From Octopus vulgaris (lineage: Eukaryota), in assembly GCA_951406725.2 (NCBI GenBank), contig OX597815.1, positions 210,490,001 through 210,554,000 on the forward strand: a stretch of 64,000 nt of DNA. The letters are read 5' to 3'. Within the stretch, counting starts at the first letter, position 1. Each line of letters opens with the position of its first letter. Position numbers and translations under genes: made by a program. A model generated the notes under the pieces. It had not been told where the DNA came from. It did no database searches and saw only the letters and a list, made by a program, of their open reading frames with translations. This document shows positions 11,724-25,886 of the stretch, one piece after another.

Positions 11724-11949
11724 CACACATTCATATATGGACACATCTATGTACATATGTGTATGTATGTATATATATGTATTTATGTGTGTATATATCT
11801 ATATTTTATATATGAATATTACAGACATACAAGTCTGCATGCATCTTAATATATATACAAAATTATTCATTGGATAACACTATGCCATTTAAACATTTCT
11901 CATATTTGTCATAATGTTGATTATATATTTTGATATAATTTTTGTATAC

Positions 11950-12358
11950 CTAGGCCACGAATTTTAGGGAAGAGTGCTAGATGATTACTGGTAATTATTT
12001 TATCAACTGGTTCTTAATTCCTCAACTCTCGAAAAGGAGAAAGGCAAAGTTGACCTCGGCAGAACTTGAAACCAGGAAGTGTAGACAGACAATGTGTAAC
12101 TAAGCATTTTGCCCGGCGTGCAAACGATTCTGATTTCTTTGTTGCCCACAAGAGGCTAACCATACAGAGGACAAACAAGGACAGACAAAGGGATTAAGTC
12201 GATTACATCGACCCCAGTGCGTAACTGGTACTTAATTTATCGACCCCGAAAGGATGAGAGGCAAAGTCAACCTCGGCGGAATTTGAACTCAGAACTCAGA
12301 CGAAACACCTGACAAGCATTTCGCCCGGCGTGCTAACGACTCTACCAGCTCATCACCG
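11950..12358 (-). mobile_element. Two tandem SINE family B copies (Nin-domain-like)
   Basis: Reverse complement of GAGTTCAAATTCCGCCGAGGTCGACTTTGCCTTTCATCCTTTCGGGGTCGATAAATTAAGTACCAG, shared with many loci in the window. Confidence 0.8.
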
Positions 12359-12368
12359 TAAATATATA

Positions 12369-12406
<38 letters not shown>

Positions 12407-12530
12407 TGTGTGTGTGTGTGTGAATTTGCGTCATGGGATTGTAGATATTTTGACTGAATAATATAATAATGATTATTAAATATATATATACACTCTCTCA
12501 CACACAAACATACATACATGCATATATTAT

Positions 12531-12563
<33 letters not shown>

Positions 12564-12854
12564 CATACATATGTATCTACAACACCATACTGCCATGCAC
12601 ACTTAGATGCCTACAAACATACATAGAGATATATGTTTGGGTGCTCGAGTAAACAATTGTTTGATATACTTACGCCTATATTTGACAGTATAGCGTGTAC
12701 CAATGATTATCCAAATGATATCTGTTGTCTCTTGAAAATAAACGTCTCCTCATCAAACTGTGTGTCCTCTTGATCCTTCAGTGAACCCCAAGAATTAGTA
12801 ATTGACATCGATATAAATACAGTAGCTATCACGATATGAGTAGATTTTGTACCT

Positions 12855-13000
12855 TAGGAGTGGCTGTGTAGCAAGAAGCTTGCTTCCCGACTAGATGATT
12901 TCGGGTTCAGACTCACTGCATGGCACCGTCTACTATAGCTCGTGAGTGGGTTTGGTAGACGGAAACAGAAAGAATCCCGTCGTATATGTACATAGTGACT
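12855..13000 (+). mobile_element. SINE family A head fragment
   Basis: GGAGTGGCTGTGTAGCAAGAAGCTTGC...GGGTTCAG...TTTGGTAGACGGAAAC, homologous to the copy at 47598. Confidence 0.7.
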
Positions 13001-13159
13001 GTGTGTATATGTCTTTCGTTGTTTGAAAAATGGTCCATATTCCATGTACTTGTAATTCGTATATTTTTGTTGTACACGTTTCGTTACGCCCTCTGCCCAT
13101 ATATGCATATATACATATAAATGTAAGTATGTACACATATGTATGTATATATGCATACA

Positions 13160-13220
<61 letters not shown>

Positions 13221-13230
13221 TATATATATG

Positions 13231-13340
<110 letters not shown>

Positions 13341-13666
13341 TCATATATATATATATAAACAGCCCTTCTTGTTTTTTTGTTTTCACTGTCTCATTTGGGT
13401 TACCAATTTTGACCCTCCGCAAAACTCCAAATTTTATTTAATTTGCTTTGCGGGAGCAATTGTTTTATCTAAAGCGTATATTGTAGTTAAATGCTCGAAA
13501 TACGGGAGTAGAAAAACAGCCAACAACTGTTGAAGGGTCATTCTTTATGCTGTTTGTCATGTTTCCCATTTGTCTCTCGTTGTTTGAAAAAATATGTTCA
13601 TATTCTATGTACTCGTACTTCGAACATTTATGTTTTACATGTTTCATGATGTCCTGTGCCCACATA

Positions 13667-13708
<42 letters not shown>

Positions 13709-14194
13709 TAACTTTAAAATTATCTGTAGGATAGAGCTTTCTCGCATTTCTGCCTACGCTGTGTACTCTTTAAATATCTAAATAACTAACGAATTACTAC
13801 CATACTGAAAGATATTTTCCCCCACCTTCTACGTGGACGAATGCCTACATTTGCAACTGTAAGTATTACTTTTGTCGTTTCTGAAGGCTTAGCAACAATT
13901 AAATATATTCGTGTCCAAAATTTATAAAATAACAACAAAAATTATTAATTAATATGCTTACTGACACTAGGATATTCAATCTGAATAAACACTGGTCCTC
14001 TGATATTTAGTTATGGCTACTGGCTCAACTGTTTTCTATATGTTTGAGGACAGTGTTTCGAATAAAGTCGATTTTGTCGGTTTAAATTAATTAACTTCAA
14101 ATCATTTCTCCAGTTATAATATACATGAATTTTCACATAGTTTTCAGTGTTCATTTTCTTAAGGTACAGTATTTATATGTGTGAGTGTATGTGA

Positions 14195-14226
<32 letters not shown>

Positions 14227-14639
14227 GAGTGTGTGTGTGTGTATGTGTGTTTGTTTGTGTCTGTGCGTGCGCGACAGTCTGTGTATGTATTTGTGCGTGT
14301 GTATTAGCACTTTATCTAGAGATTGAACCAAAAAAAGTTATGTCTATTTTTCAAATTGTTAGAATATGTCAGTTGCAACTGCTGGTATAAGTTTTTCAGT
14401 GACAGGTGGCCTTAACTTTTGACGAATTAGCATCTATATCATGCTGTATCAGTTATTTATTGATCTACATGACCTAAGGGGAACGTATAATCACTACATT
14501 TAACTTTTCGTGAAAAATTGAACAATGATTGATCTTTAAGAGTAACCCGTTTCTCTGAAATTTTGTTTTCAGTTGCAAACTGAAATCTTAATTCAGATAA
14601 ATTTTTCAGTTGTATCAATGATACAAGTATAATCAGATC

Positions 14640-15480
14640 TTAAAATAAGGATGCACTCCAACTGAAGAAAATCCTAAATCTAGACACTCATCCAAGATAG
14701 ACAACTGTGATAATGGGAGAATGTATGCTAATAACTGTAAAACGTGTCATCTGACTGTCTCACAAGTTTTGAAAGAAGCAGGTATCTGCCAAAGATCGTA
14801 TCATGACTTTAAAACGAAAATAGAAAATACATCGTGTTGCAGTAAAATTTGTGGTGAGTTTGCTGGCAGATGAAGTAAGGGAGCCGAGTCAGTGTTAGTG
14901 AGATGGGGTTTCGTTTTTCAGATGACAACTTACGGAAAATTAGGTAATGACGAAATATGTGTACATTGCAAAGATATCGAAACCAGAAAGTAGCTATCAG
15001 TGCAGATGGCATATTCACTGGGACAAAATCGTTCACCAGAATTGCAAATTGGCCATCTTCTTTTGTTAGAAATGTGAAATTGTTCTACGGAGCCCGTCAG
15101 TCAATAAAGAATAATACGTTAACACTTGAGAGTTTCAGAGAAATATTTTGCAGGAAAAAGGATCTGGCAAGGGCAAACAAATCCGAGATGTCTCACTACC
15201 ACGACGTTTCACTCGGCATTATCTATCCTTCCTTATTTTGGCAAAGTACGAAACGATCTTTCACTACAGCTATGATTCTTTCTGGATTGTGACATTGCGG
15301 GGTACATTTTTACTCAGAATTAAATATACATCCCGTAATGTTATTGATTATTGATGATTGAAGAAGTCGAAAGGACATTCCCATGCAAATTATGCAAGGG
15401 AAGAAAATTGGGAGAAGCACATTCACAGTAATAAATGCTATATTAAAGGAAATAGGTATGATTAAATTCAAATAACTAAT
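14640..15480 (+). mobile_element. Highly degenerate mariner transposase relics
   Basis: GCTPTEENPKSRHSS...HLTVSQVLKEAGICQRSYHD resembles the GRESxEDxPRSGRP...RLTVxELAEEVGIS HTH region; further weak mariner-like pieces downstream. Confidence 0.45.
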
Positions 15481-15549
15481 AAATCCGTTGCAATGTTTAG
15501 GATAGGTTAGTTTATCGAACTGTGAAGAACGTTATTTTTCACGTAAAAC

Positions 15550-16200
15550 TGTATTTATATGCTTAAATTGTAGCAGTAACTAAAGAACTGGTAATTGATA
15601 TAAAGAGCGAAATATACAGGATTCGCACTGGAAGCGTGATGTATTTGGTGAAAAGTAACCTGTTGATACTGACTGTGATGAATTAATGAGAAAGAGTTTG
15701 AGATCAGAAGCCCACTCCTATGAATAATGGAAAACATTGATAATAGATTATTGTCAAAGACACCAATAAAATCTTTGCTGTTTTTGATTGAGAACACGTA
15801 CAAATGATGGTTTGTATGTGTTTAAGAAAACAGAACCAATAGAGGTATCAGTTCAAAAACAATACACTAATGACAAATGGCGAAAGGTAGGAAGTTAAGA
15901 CAAAAATAAACTGTTGAATTTATTATTGATTCTTTGACATTTGAGTATCTTGAAGTACAAGAAGCCGACAAGCAAACGGAAAGGAGCAGCGCAAAGCTAT
16001 TTGTTGTAGTAGTAGCTCTCTGAGAACTTTTCATATAAAGTGTTGCGACATAATATTGCTTTTGTACAGCCTTACTGGAGAACTATAAGAGAGATTTGAA
16101 CTGTGATCATAAAACCTACATTCCATACGAAGTGTTATCTTCAAATATACTAACCAATAAACCTCTTTTGAAAAATAGAAGAGTGCCATTCCATGTGAAA
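15550..16200 (-). mobile_element. hAT (Charlie/Buster-like) transposase relic
   Basis: Minus strand SIIHRSGL (cf. HCIIHREAL) followed by HSQYQQVTFH (cf. GSxYxxLLxHTEVRW). Confidence 0.4.
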
Positions 16201-17330
16201 CTCTCTGCTATTTCCATAGGATAATTTTCTGTGGTCGAAATTACCTTTTTGGGGGTTTAAATGACCACATACATTTTCACACTAAAAAACAGCATTTATG
16301 TTGGACTAAATCAAGAAATATGAAAGAGCAAATGTTTTGTTTCCGTAAACTTTTGAACGTTGTAAGTTAGAAGAAACGTTCGAGGGCTACGTAGAATTTT
16401 GGGCGGAATTAAAACTGGAATTTTGCTTCAGATAATTAGAGTTAGAATGTGACTGATGATTTCTAAAATTCAAAATAGAAAAACGAATTGAATAAAAATT
16501 TCACTGGAATTGCCAAAGTTTAAATTTAAATCCATATAACATGTATATATCGCTAGCATTTATTCCTTACACCTTACATAGTTAAAATAGAATGTAAACT
16601 GCACAATATTTCACCGTGAGAATAGGAACTACTCAGCTAAATATTATAAAACAATTACTCCACTCTACAGCACGTGTCGACATCACATGAGAGATGTGAA
16701 TATAAACAGAAGAAAAGAAAAATACTGATTTTGCCAGAGGATGCGATTTTCTTTGAATATAAGTAGCAATAATTTTTAAAAAACTGTAAAGTCGAAGGAA
16801 TCAAAAGAATATTTTATGTAGTGCATTAACACAGCAGTAAATCCAACGCTAATGTTTTGTTGATGAAATGGATCATATTTAATCCAAGTATATCCTAAAA
16901 ATCAAAGCTCAAACCGACAGTGATTTCGATTTGTTTTAGGTACATTAATACATTTTCCTTCTCATATTTTATCTTTATTCATGTTAAACGCAATATATAA
17001 TCACCTGTCAAAACATTTGGTCCCATGCAAGCAGTTAGGCCTACCTGAAAGGCTTCCGTAGGCGAGGCTCTATATCTTTTAAGGATGTACATAGTATTGT
17101 ATGCATAAACGCACGTGCTTATGCGAAAGAAAATATATGCAGGGTTTATAAGTTCAATAAGCAAATATGAAAATAACATGAATATTGAAAACTTAGAAGT
17201 ATTTGTACAAATGTATCAAATATATACATGTATTCTGCAAATATTTAGATTAAGGCTCCCCAAATATATATGCCAGATTTCCATTATACATACATACATA
17301 CATACATACATACATACATACATACATACA

Positions 17331-17399
<69 letters not shown>

Positions 17400-17682
17400 T
17401 ATCTCTCTGAATATATTCATACACCTCGCTCACATGTGAGTATGTAAGATATAACTCTAAATATATACACAAACATACATACACACACATACACCACATA
17501 TACATAGATTAAAAGATAGAGATTTGTGTTTTTGTGTGTATACATACGTGTATACACACATATATGTATGTATACACCTACAAATAATATATATACACAT
17601 ATAATTAAATATACACACATGTACGTACATAAACGTCTATTCAAATGTTTGTCTATATGTGTGTGGGTATGTGTCTATCTAT

Positions 17683-17722
<40 letters not shown>

Positions 17723-17758
17723 CAACAATAGAGAGACCTTACTGCGTGCAATCAAGCC

Positions 17759-18010
17759 CTATGCATAGCACTCACGGATACTCGTCTGAGCCCTGATATA
17801 GAGAATGCAGAAGTACACGTACGAAAATATACTATACTGCGAAAAGGCAGAAGGGAAAGGAAACATAGTGGAGTTACTGTATACATCCGTGATGAACTCA
17901 CAGCCCAGGTCTTACTGTCATACTCAAATTCAGTATGTGACACTCTAATTGTATACATAAGACAACACAATATAGTCATATGCAATACACATCGTCCACC
18001 GGATGCTCCA
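17759..18010 (+). mobile_element. LINE (CR1/L2-like) AP-endonuclease fragment
   Basis: LCIALTDTRLSPDIENAEV...RKHSGVTVYIR...SNSVCDTL...IVICNTHRPP matches the APE motifs IxLTETWL / HGGVxxY / YRPP. Confidence 0.75.
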
Positions 18011-18376
18011 AACCACATAAGCTATAATGGCTATTATGCATATATGCCGACAGAAAGACTATTATACCTATATGCTTACAGAAGACGCCGACTACGTCCA
18101 ACCACTTCAAATATTCACTCCACATATAATTACAGAGGTTGAAACCGGGAATGCAGACTGGCTAAAATTTAATAAAATAATTCAGATAGTTTTAGATTGA
18201 TCAATTTCTTCATCAGCAAACACACGGGGTGAAATAAATGAAAATATCAATACATACTCTCAGAAAAGCATACGCAAAATGCGAGTACATATAACTATTC
18301 ACAAATATATACGCATATTTACCTCTGTACTATACTGACCAAAAGCACATGTGTTGAGGTGGACTGCAAAATTCGA

Positions 18377-18509
<133 letters not shown>

Positions 18510-18675
18510 CCGTCAGTAAAGTGATTGGAGATCTAGTCATTACCTGCATTGCTAGAAATAAGAGTCAAAACAACTCTTAACTGATGCTGACTAGCACCCT
18601 CGGTCACTTTCGTAACGACTATTCTTCTTGTTTTCCGGTTTTAAATTACGAAAAGGCACCTAATAATATATATAT

Positions 18676-19096
18676 ATCATATAATTAAGGGCTAAAGAGG
18701 GTTATTCTAAAGCCAATACACTGATTTATCCACTTATAATCCGCTTGCTACAGGAGAATTGAAACTGAAAACGGGCAACTAACCTTTAGAAAATTTAAAT
18801 TTCGTTATCTCTATATTGAATCAATTTCGGAATTAATCTTTTAAAAGATATATTCTTTCTTCAGTAGAGCTTTCGATGGGATATAAATAAAATACTCGAA
18901 AGCTCTACTGAAGAAAGAATATATCTTTTATAAGATTAATTCCGAAATTGATTCAATATAGAGATAACGAAATTTAAATTTTCTAAAGGTTAGTTGCCCG
19001 TTTTCAGTTTCAATTCTCCTGTAGCAAGCGGATTATAAGTGGATAAATCAGTGTATTGGCTTTAGAATAACCCTCTTTAGCCCTTAATTATATGAT
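18676..19096. repeat. Near-perfect 421-bp palindrome (201-bp arms, 19-nt loop)
   Basis: 18676-18876 is the reverse complement of 18896-19096; I saw one mismatch. Confidence 0.95.
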
Positions 19097-19221
19097 GTTT
19101 ATACTTCAACCGTAACGGTTTTTTTAATATACTGCCCACGCTTCCTGATGGATTCCTTTTCTGTAGAGAAAGGGACTTCATCCTATATTGTTAGTATATA
19201 TATATATATATATATATATTT

Positions 19222-19517
19222 TATTAAATTAGAGATAAAACCACTATTAGGCAAATCATACAATGAAAAACTTAAGCCAATACATAAGATTAATTAATTT
19301 ATATTATTTTAAATATATATCAAAATTATTAAAAAAAGATAATTAATATAACACTACGATCGTTTCATGGCTGTCCAATTCGTAAAAATTCGAGTTACAG
19401 TCATTCTTCAGGTGATTGAAATATCTAAAATATAATCAGAAATATTTAAACAATATTTTTGGCTTAAGTTTTTCATTGTATGATTTGCCTAATAGTGGTT
19501 TTATCTCTAATTTAATA
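19222..19517. mobile_element. Short element with 59-bp terminal inverted repeats enclosing an HHR
   Basis: TATTAAATTAGAGATAAAACCACTATTAGG...CTTAAGCCAA (19222-19280) is inverted at 19459-19517. Confidence 0.85.
19352..19414 (-). ncRNA. Type I hammerhead ribozyme with intact core
   Basis: Minus strand CAC-CTGAAGA-ATGACTGT...ACAGCCAT-GAAA-CGATCG-TA-GTG: stem I CAC/GTG, long stem II, palindromic stem III, GUA triplet. Confidence 0.8.
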
Positions 19518-19602
19518 TAATATAATATTTTTCTATAAAATTGGATTCAATCCTAAATCTGATTTTTCCCTGTAAGTTTGGATTTATTCCCTAATATTTT
19601 AT

Positions 19603-19669
<67 letters not shown>

Positions 19670-20074
19670 CATATGTGCGTGTATGTCTATGTCGAGTAGG
19701 TGACGTTACTGAACTCTAACACTTTTTTGTACAAATACAAGTATAAAACTATTGAAACATCAAGTATGAATTCATGATTGGTATGTCTGCGTCACATACA
19801 TTCAGTATTCAGTTTTTTGAATATTTAATAACAAGTGGAAAGAATTATTTGAATGTATTATCTTGTTCCTAGTACTTGTAGCTTAATATCACCGATATTA
19901 CTTTTCAAGGAGCAAGTGAATGACAACGTTGGTGTGTGTACTTTGTATAATAACCAAACCACGTTACAATTAATGAAACATTATGTGAGGAGCTACCTGC
20001 CGGTAGAAAATCTTTGAGGGGATAAGGAAAATGATGTAATCTGTACAAATTGATTATCCAATCCTAATATACCA

Positions 20075-20467
20075 GCCGCAGGAGTGGCTGTGTGGTAAGT
20101 AGCTTGCTAACCAACCACATAATTCCGGGTTCAGTCCCACAGCCTGGCATCTTGGGCAAGTGTCTTCTGCTATAGCTCCGGGCCGACCAACGCCTTGTGA
20201 GTGGATTTGGTAGACGGAAACTGAAAGAAGCCTGTCGTATATATATATACATATATATGTATGTGTGTCTGTGTTTGTCCCCCTAGCATTGCTTGACAAC
20301 CGATGTTGGTGTGTTTACATCCCCGTCACATAACGGTTCGGCAAAAGAGACCGATAGAATAAGTACTGGGCTTAAAAGAATAAGTCCCGGGGTCGATTTG
20401 CTCGACCAAAGGCGGTGCTCCAGCATCGCCGCAGTCAAATGACTGAAACAAGTAAAAGAGAAAAGAG
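20075..20467 (+). mobile_element. Full-length tRNA-derived SINE (family A, CORE-like)
   Basis: A box TGGCTGTGTGG, B-box-like GGTTCAGTCCC, CTTGGGCAAGTGTCTT, internal (TA)/(TG) run, AAAAGAG tail. Confidence 0.85.
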
Positions 20468-20689
20468 AAATACCATATTTTTATGGTGTAGAAATATCAA
20501 GCATGCCAGATGAAATAAAAAATAAATAACAACTTAACCGAATAACATATAATTTGGTGGATTACAAGGAAGGACTGCAAAAATATTAGTTCCTGATCCA
20601 ACGACAAATGAGACAGGGGTTCCTTGTCAGTCATCCGTTTTCAGTCTTCTCTGTCGTTATTACATTATATCAATGTGATGTATTGACAG

Positions 20690-21113
20690 TTTACTCTTTT
20701 ACTTGTTTCAGTCATGTGACTGTAGCCATGCTGGAGCACCGCCTTGAGTCGAAGATTGCATTGTTTATATCATTTATTCCTTTGAATAGTATCAGTGGAA
20801 TTTTCGAAACATGTGTCGGAAGTAAAAATATTTGATTACACCTGCGTTAACTCCATTTTTTTATTCATATATATATATATATACGACGGGCTTCTTTCAG
20901 TTTCCATCTACCAAATCCACTCACAAGGCTTTGGTCAGCCCGAGGCTCTAGTAGAAGACACTTTCCCAAGGTGCCATGCAGTGGTACTGAACCCGGAACC
21001 ATGTGGTTCGTAAGCAAGCTACTTACCACTCAGCCACTCCATTCGACCTCGGCGGAATTTGACAGCTAGGCATTTCGCGCGACGTGTTGACGTTTCTGCT
21101 ACCTCGCCGCCTT
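20690..21113 (-). mobile_element. Fragmented SINE family A copy plus a family B fragment
   Basis: Tail 20690-20745, head ~20880-21040, family B piece ~21042-21113. Confidence 0.7.
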
Positions 21114-23690
21114 GGTTATAGTTTGATTATAGGTATTACCTTCATGTCTTGCAATATATCTTCTGTCTCTTTGGCAGTCGATATAATAGAATACATTCCA
21201 AGTTCGGGGAACGATTTAATATACTAGTCCCTAGCAATAAATTTGTTGGCATTTACTTTTATTACAAATAACTATTACGACACAATTCTCTCACACTCCA
21301 CTGTCAGTTTATTCATGATTTTTTTTATGTAAAAAGCCCAAAAGAAAATAAAGGAAAGACGCTCGGAATATAGTTTGTCAATATGCTTGCTCAATCAGCA
21401 ATAACGTGACTTAGATAAGCATCGTTACTGTGTCCACCTCTACAATGAAACAGGAATTAAATATTCATAGGATCTAGCTTTATGTAGCTTACTAAAGGAT
21501 TTCAAAGTAGTACCGGAAAATTTTAATTCCATTTTGTAAAACCTAAAATATTTTCACGCCTGTAATTCGACCTCACGTGTTTCTAGAGTAAGTATGAATT
21601 TTCATCTTATTTAGAAAGTATTGAACCTATATTTTATCTTTGCTATTTAGTAGGATGTGCTCTCGACATTTCAGACAAGTATTAAAATCGCCTGGTTTAT
21701 CAAGTGTGAGGCGTGCTTTTCATATCCGTTTTGTGTGAAGGCATTTGCTAGTTCTTCTATCGATATTATTATTGTTCTTGTTTTACTATGATCAATACTG
21801 ATCGATAACACCTATAAATTAAAAGCGTTGCAGCCGTGGATATTGGTTTGTATATCAGATAGTATACACCTTTAGCTAAAATGGTGATGTGAAAAACGTA
21901 GGAGATTCTGTTGCTATTTTTGCATATCAGTGGATCACGTAGATATCGTTTCTTTTTTGTCATTTTCTCTATACGTATAGTAATCAGGTGATAATTTCAC
22001 ACTTATTCACAAATACTTCTTTAAACACTTGTCAATAGAAACATGCATTATATTCGTGCTTCGGTAACAAAAGATGAAAACGCACATGCAGTCCTAGAGG
22101 TAGAAGTGACTTACTGAGATTAAAGAGAAAAAAGAACAACCACGAAATCTAAGTTATATAAAATATTTAATAAGTAAAATAGAACAAAAATATTCTAAAA
22201 TTATTCTAAAAATATGCTAAAGTAAAGTTTAAATTCATAAACAGTTCAAAAGATAAAGAAATTATAGTTGGTAGTTTGACTTATTGAAATAGGACGACAT
22301 GATTAGAAATTATAGAAAAATCAATATAGGCAATCATTTGCAATGCTATAAATGAGAGCTACTTACTGATTGATTTAATTCCTTTTGTAAACTGAAAATG
22401 ATTTGAACTTTGTTTTTCGTTTTGTATTCAATCTTATTTCTTAAGGCATTATTATCGTTACATTGCGTCTTGATACTGAGATTTAAATAACAATTAAAAA
22501 CATTCAAGATCTAGAAACATGCAAAAAAAGCATATGAATATAATAAAATGGAGGAGGAAAATGTCTATATGTAAGCCAAAGGCACAAGCAAATGCGACAT
22601 GAGAAACAAAAAAAGGTAAATTTATATCTTATAAAAATATTGAAGGTGAAGTATATTAATGTCTGCTTTTGTTTTTGTATTGTGATCAGATTTTAATAAG
22701 ATAAAATACACAATTTCCCTTGTTACATCTGCTTTTATGCGTATATATTATTTGTTTCCCATTTCACAAAGACAATTAAGCAACATGTTGAGGTGACAAG
22801 TAGATATTGAGCGTCATACTCGTATGTCATGAGTTCAAGTATACTACAGAAATTGTATTGTCTTTTAAATAATATTTGATAATAAATTTATAATTCATAC
22901 CACATCGTAAAATATGATTATTATCTATTTTGAATAAGCAAATATGAATACAATGCGAATGCTTATTTTCTGAATGCTTTTCAGTTTGAATACTTTTGTC
23001 GCACACACGTGAAAAACCCATGCGTGTGCGTTTGGGGCTCACACAGTTCTGGCACAGAAACTTTGCACTGGGAAACCTAGGTAAACTAGGTGAATTCTAG
23101 AAACGCTATATAATCTAATGACCCACAGATTTCTTAATCCAATTTAAAACAGAAAAGCCCAGTAATAGAGATGGTTAGGTAGCCGCTTCATAGAACGAAG
23201 AGATAGAAGATATGAAATTGTTGTGACAAGTCAGATAATTGTGGTTTTCAGACTTGCCCCGTTTGCGACCTGAAATATTTCATATTTTACCCATTAAGAA
23301 TTTTACCAATGATATATATACTTATACAATTATAGATATCGTATTAGGAAGCTAGCTATAATTATTCAACTGCATTTTCAACTGGAGTCAAAGGGAGAAA
23401 TACCTGGAGATTGTTGTAGAAAAATATTGGAGCAAAAGACTCACATTGTAATATTGCAAGAAAAGAACAAATGCTCTATGGCTAAGTGAAGGGAGCGCAT
23501 AATTAAGGGCTGTCATAAAGAGATGAATTACCTCGTTCATACTCATTCAATCATGTACGTGTATTTGCAAGTGCCTTTAAATTGATAGAGTATTCTAGGT
23601 CTAGTACAAAAGAAGACGTCACATATGCGTGTGTATGCTTTCATTAGATATAAATATATGAACATATACATATATACGTACACACACACG

Positions 23691-23728
<38 letters not shown>

Positions 23729-23956
23729 ATATATCCTGTCTGCGTGTGTGTCCTCAATGCTCGCCCGAACCTCTGCATCAATCTGTACCATACTTGGGGC
23801 ACCTGAATAATTTGACATTAGAAAGAATAATACGGTCTTGATTTTTTTATTATAAATAAATATCGCTCTACATATAAGATTCACTTCTTCAAATCGATTT
23901 CTTAACATCCTGTGTTTGAACTTCCTGTCTTTTGCGTCCTAACCAGCTATTTACAT

Positions 23957-24217
23957 GCACACACACACGCACACACATGTATACATCATTACAGTTATGA
24001 CGATTTCTGATTAAAAAAAAAAGAATTTGTAAAGGTACGTTCATGTCAGAAAAAGATTTCATATGGAGATAGGCGCCTTTTTCTCAATTAATTATATGAG
24101 GTACCATATATAGTACATTAATTTTCCAATATCTATTTCGCACGGACACACACACACACACGTATGTATACATCATTACAGTTGTGACGATTTCAGATAA
24201 AAAAAGAATTTCTAAAG
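23957..24217. repeat. Short direct duplication (~75 bp)
   Basis: CACAC..ATGTATACATCATTACAGTT(A/G)TGACGATTTC..AAAAAAGAATTT at ~23960 and ~24145. Confidence 0.75.
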
Positions 24218-24274
24218 TTGCTTTCATATTTTATGTTCTTCCCCGGCTTTCTATGTGCCTAAGATATATACCTA

Positions 24275-24360
<86 letters not shown>

Positions 24361-24484
24361 CAAATTTCATGCAGAGATTTCATTTAATACATCAATTGTC
24401 AACAGGGTATAAGTACAGATTTCTGCCACCTGCAACCGACTTTGGATGATCATAACTTTCAGAAAAATAGATATTTTGTAATGA

Positions 24485-25555
24485 AATTTTCTACAAATAC
24501 GTGTTATATTATGTAGATTCTGGATATACAGAATGTTTTGGGGAACATGTTCTAGGAGGGTGGGGGCGGATTTTCGGAAAATCAACCGGAGTCGACTTCA
24601 ATTCGTCTAACTTTCAGGAAAATGGATATTATTTAATGAAATTGTCTACAAGCATACCTCGGACTATGTAGATTCCGGGAATATAGGAATGTTGGAAAAC
24701 AATTGGGTGTTATTTTTGAGAACTGTTCCCCACTCAGGGGTGTTTCGGAACAAGTCGTCCATATTTGTTACATTTTCACTGTTTTGCGTGTTTGTGCATC
24801 CATAGATTTCTACTGGAGCAACAGGCAATGAAGGCAAATGAATGCGATTTGTTGCATACGATACTTTTCATTTTAAGTAAATTTCCAAGCAAACGGTTCT
24901 AGTAGAAAGGCAGAAGACATCAGAAGCAAAAATAAGGAATATACATGCACAGTTAAATACAGAAATGTAAGTATAATCTGTTACATAATATCTATAATAA
25001 ACATGATATTGAATGGAGTAATGCCCCGTTTGAACTTTTTCATTATATATATATGTGTGTGTGATGACAGTGAGAACAAGCATGCCACCATTTTGTGCTT
25101 TTTTACGGATTCCGATCTTGTTTCCAACGGCGATTCCGAATATGCAAAAAAGTCTACTTTTAGACTTTTTAAAACACCTCCGCCTTAACTTTTCAATTTT
25201 TTCCCGAAATTTTACGACTAGGGTTAAAGGTTGTATACGGACGCACAGACGCACAAAACGGAGAAACTGAAACAAATATGGATGACTTCTTCCGACCCCA
25301 CAACACCCACCCAGTTGGGAACAGTTCGCAAATATAAACCTCCAATTCTTTCCCTCTAAATCCTACATACTTGAAATCTACATAGTCCGAAGTATATTTG
25401 TAGGCAATTCCATTAAAAAAATATCCGTTTTCCTGAAAGTTAAGAGGAACTGAAGTGGACTCCGGTAAATCTTCCGACCCTCCCCCCAAACATTTTCCCG
25501 CAAGGATTTTGTATATTCAGAATCTACATGATATACCATATATTCGTAGAAATTT
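24485..25555. mobile_element. Diverged ~320-bp inverted repeats; probable non-autonomous DNA transposon
   Basis: AACTTTCAGGAAAATGGATAT / ATATCCGTTTTCCTGAAAGTT, CGGACTATGTAGATT / AATCTACATAGTCCG, GTCCATATTTGTT / AACAAATATGGAT. Confidence 0.7.
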
Positions 25556-25853
25556 AAGTATGCCTTTTAAATCATTAAGTAAAATGAAATATGGATTATA
25601 CAGCTCTTAACAGAATTTAACTGAGGTACAAACTATTATTGTTGTACTCGATGTTTTCACTGTTAAAATCTTAAAAAAAGAAACAGGTAGTTCTTTGTCT
25701 TTGCAATCACCTTCAATTTAAAGAAAAATAGGACAGTGGAGACATACAGGGAAACCAAACGAAAATTTTCTTAATCTCTGAACGAAAATTTCTGTTCCTC
25801 ACGTGACCATCTTTCTTTTCCTGCACGGATGTGCAAAAGACTGGACGTTTTCC

Positions 25854-25886
<33 letters not shown>

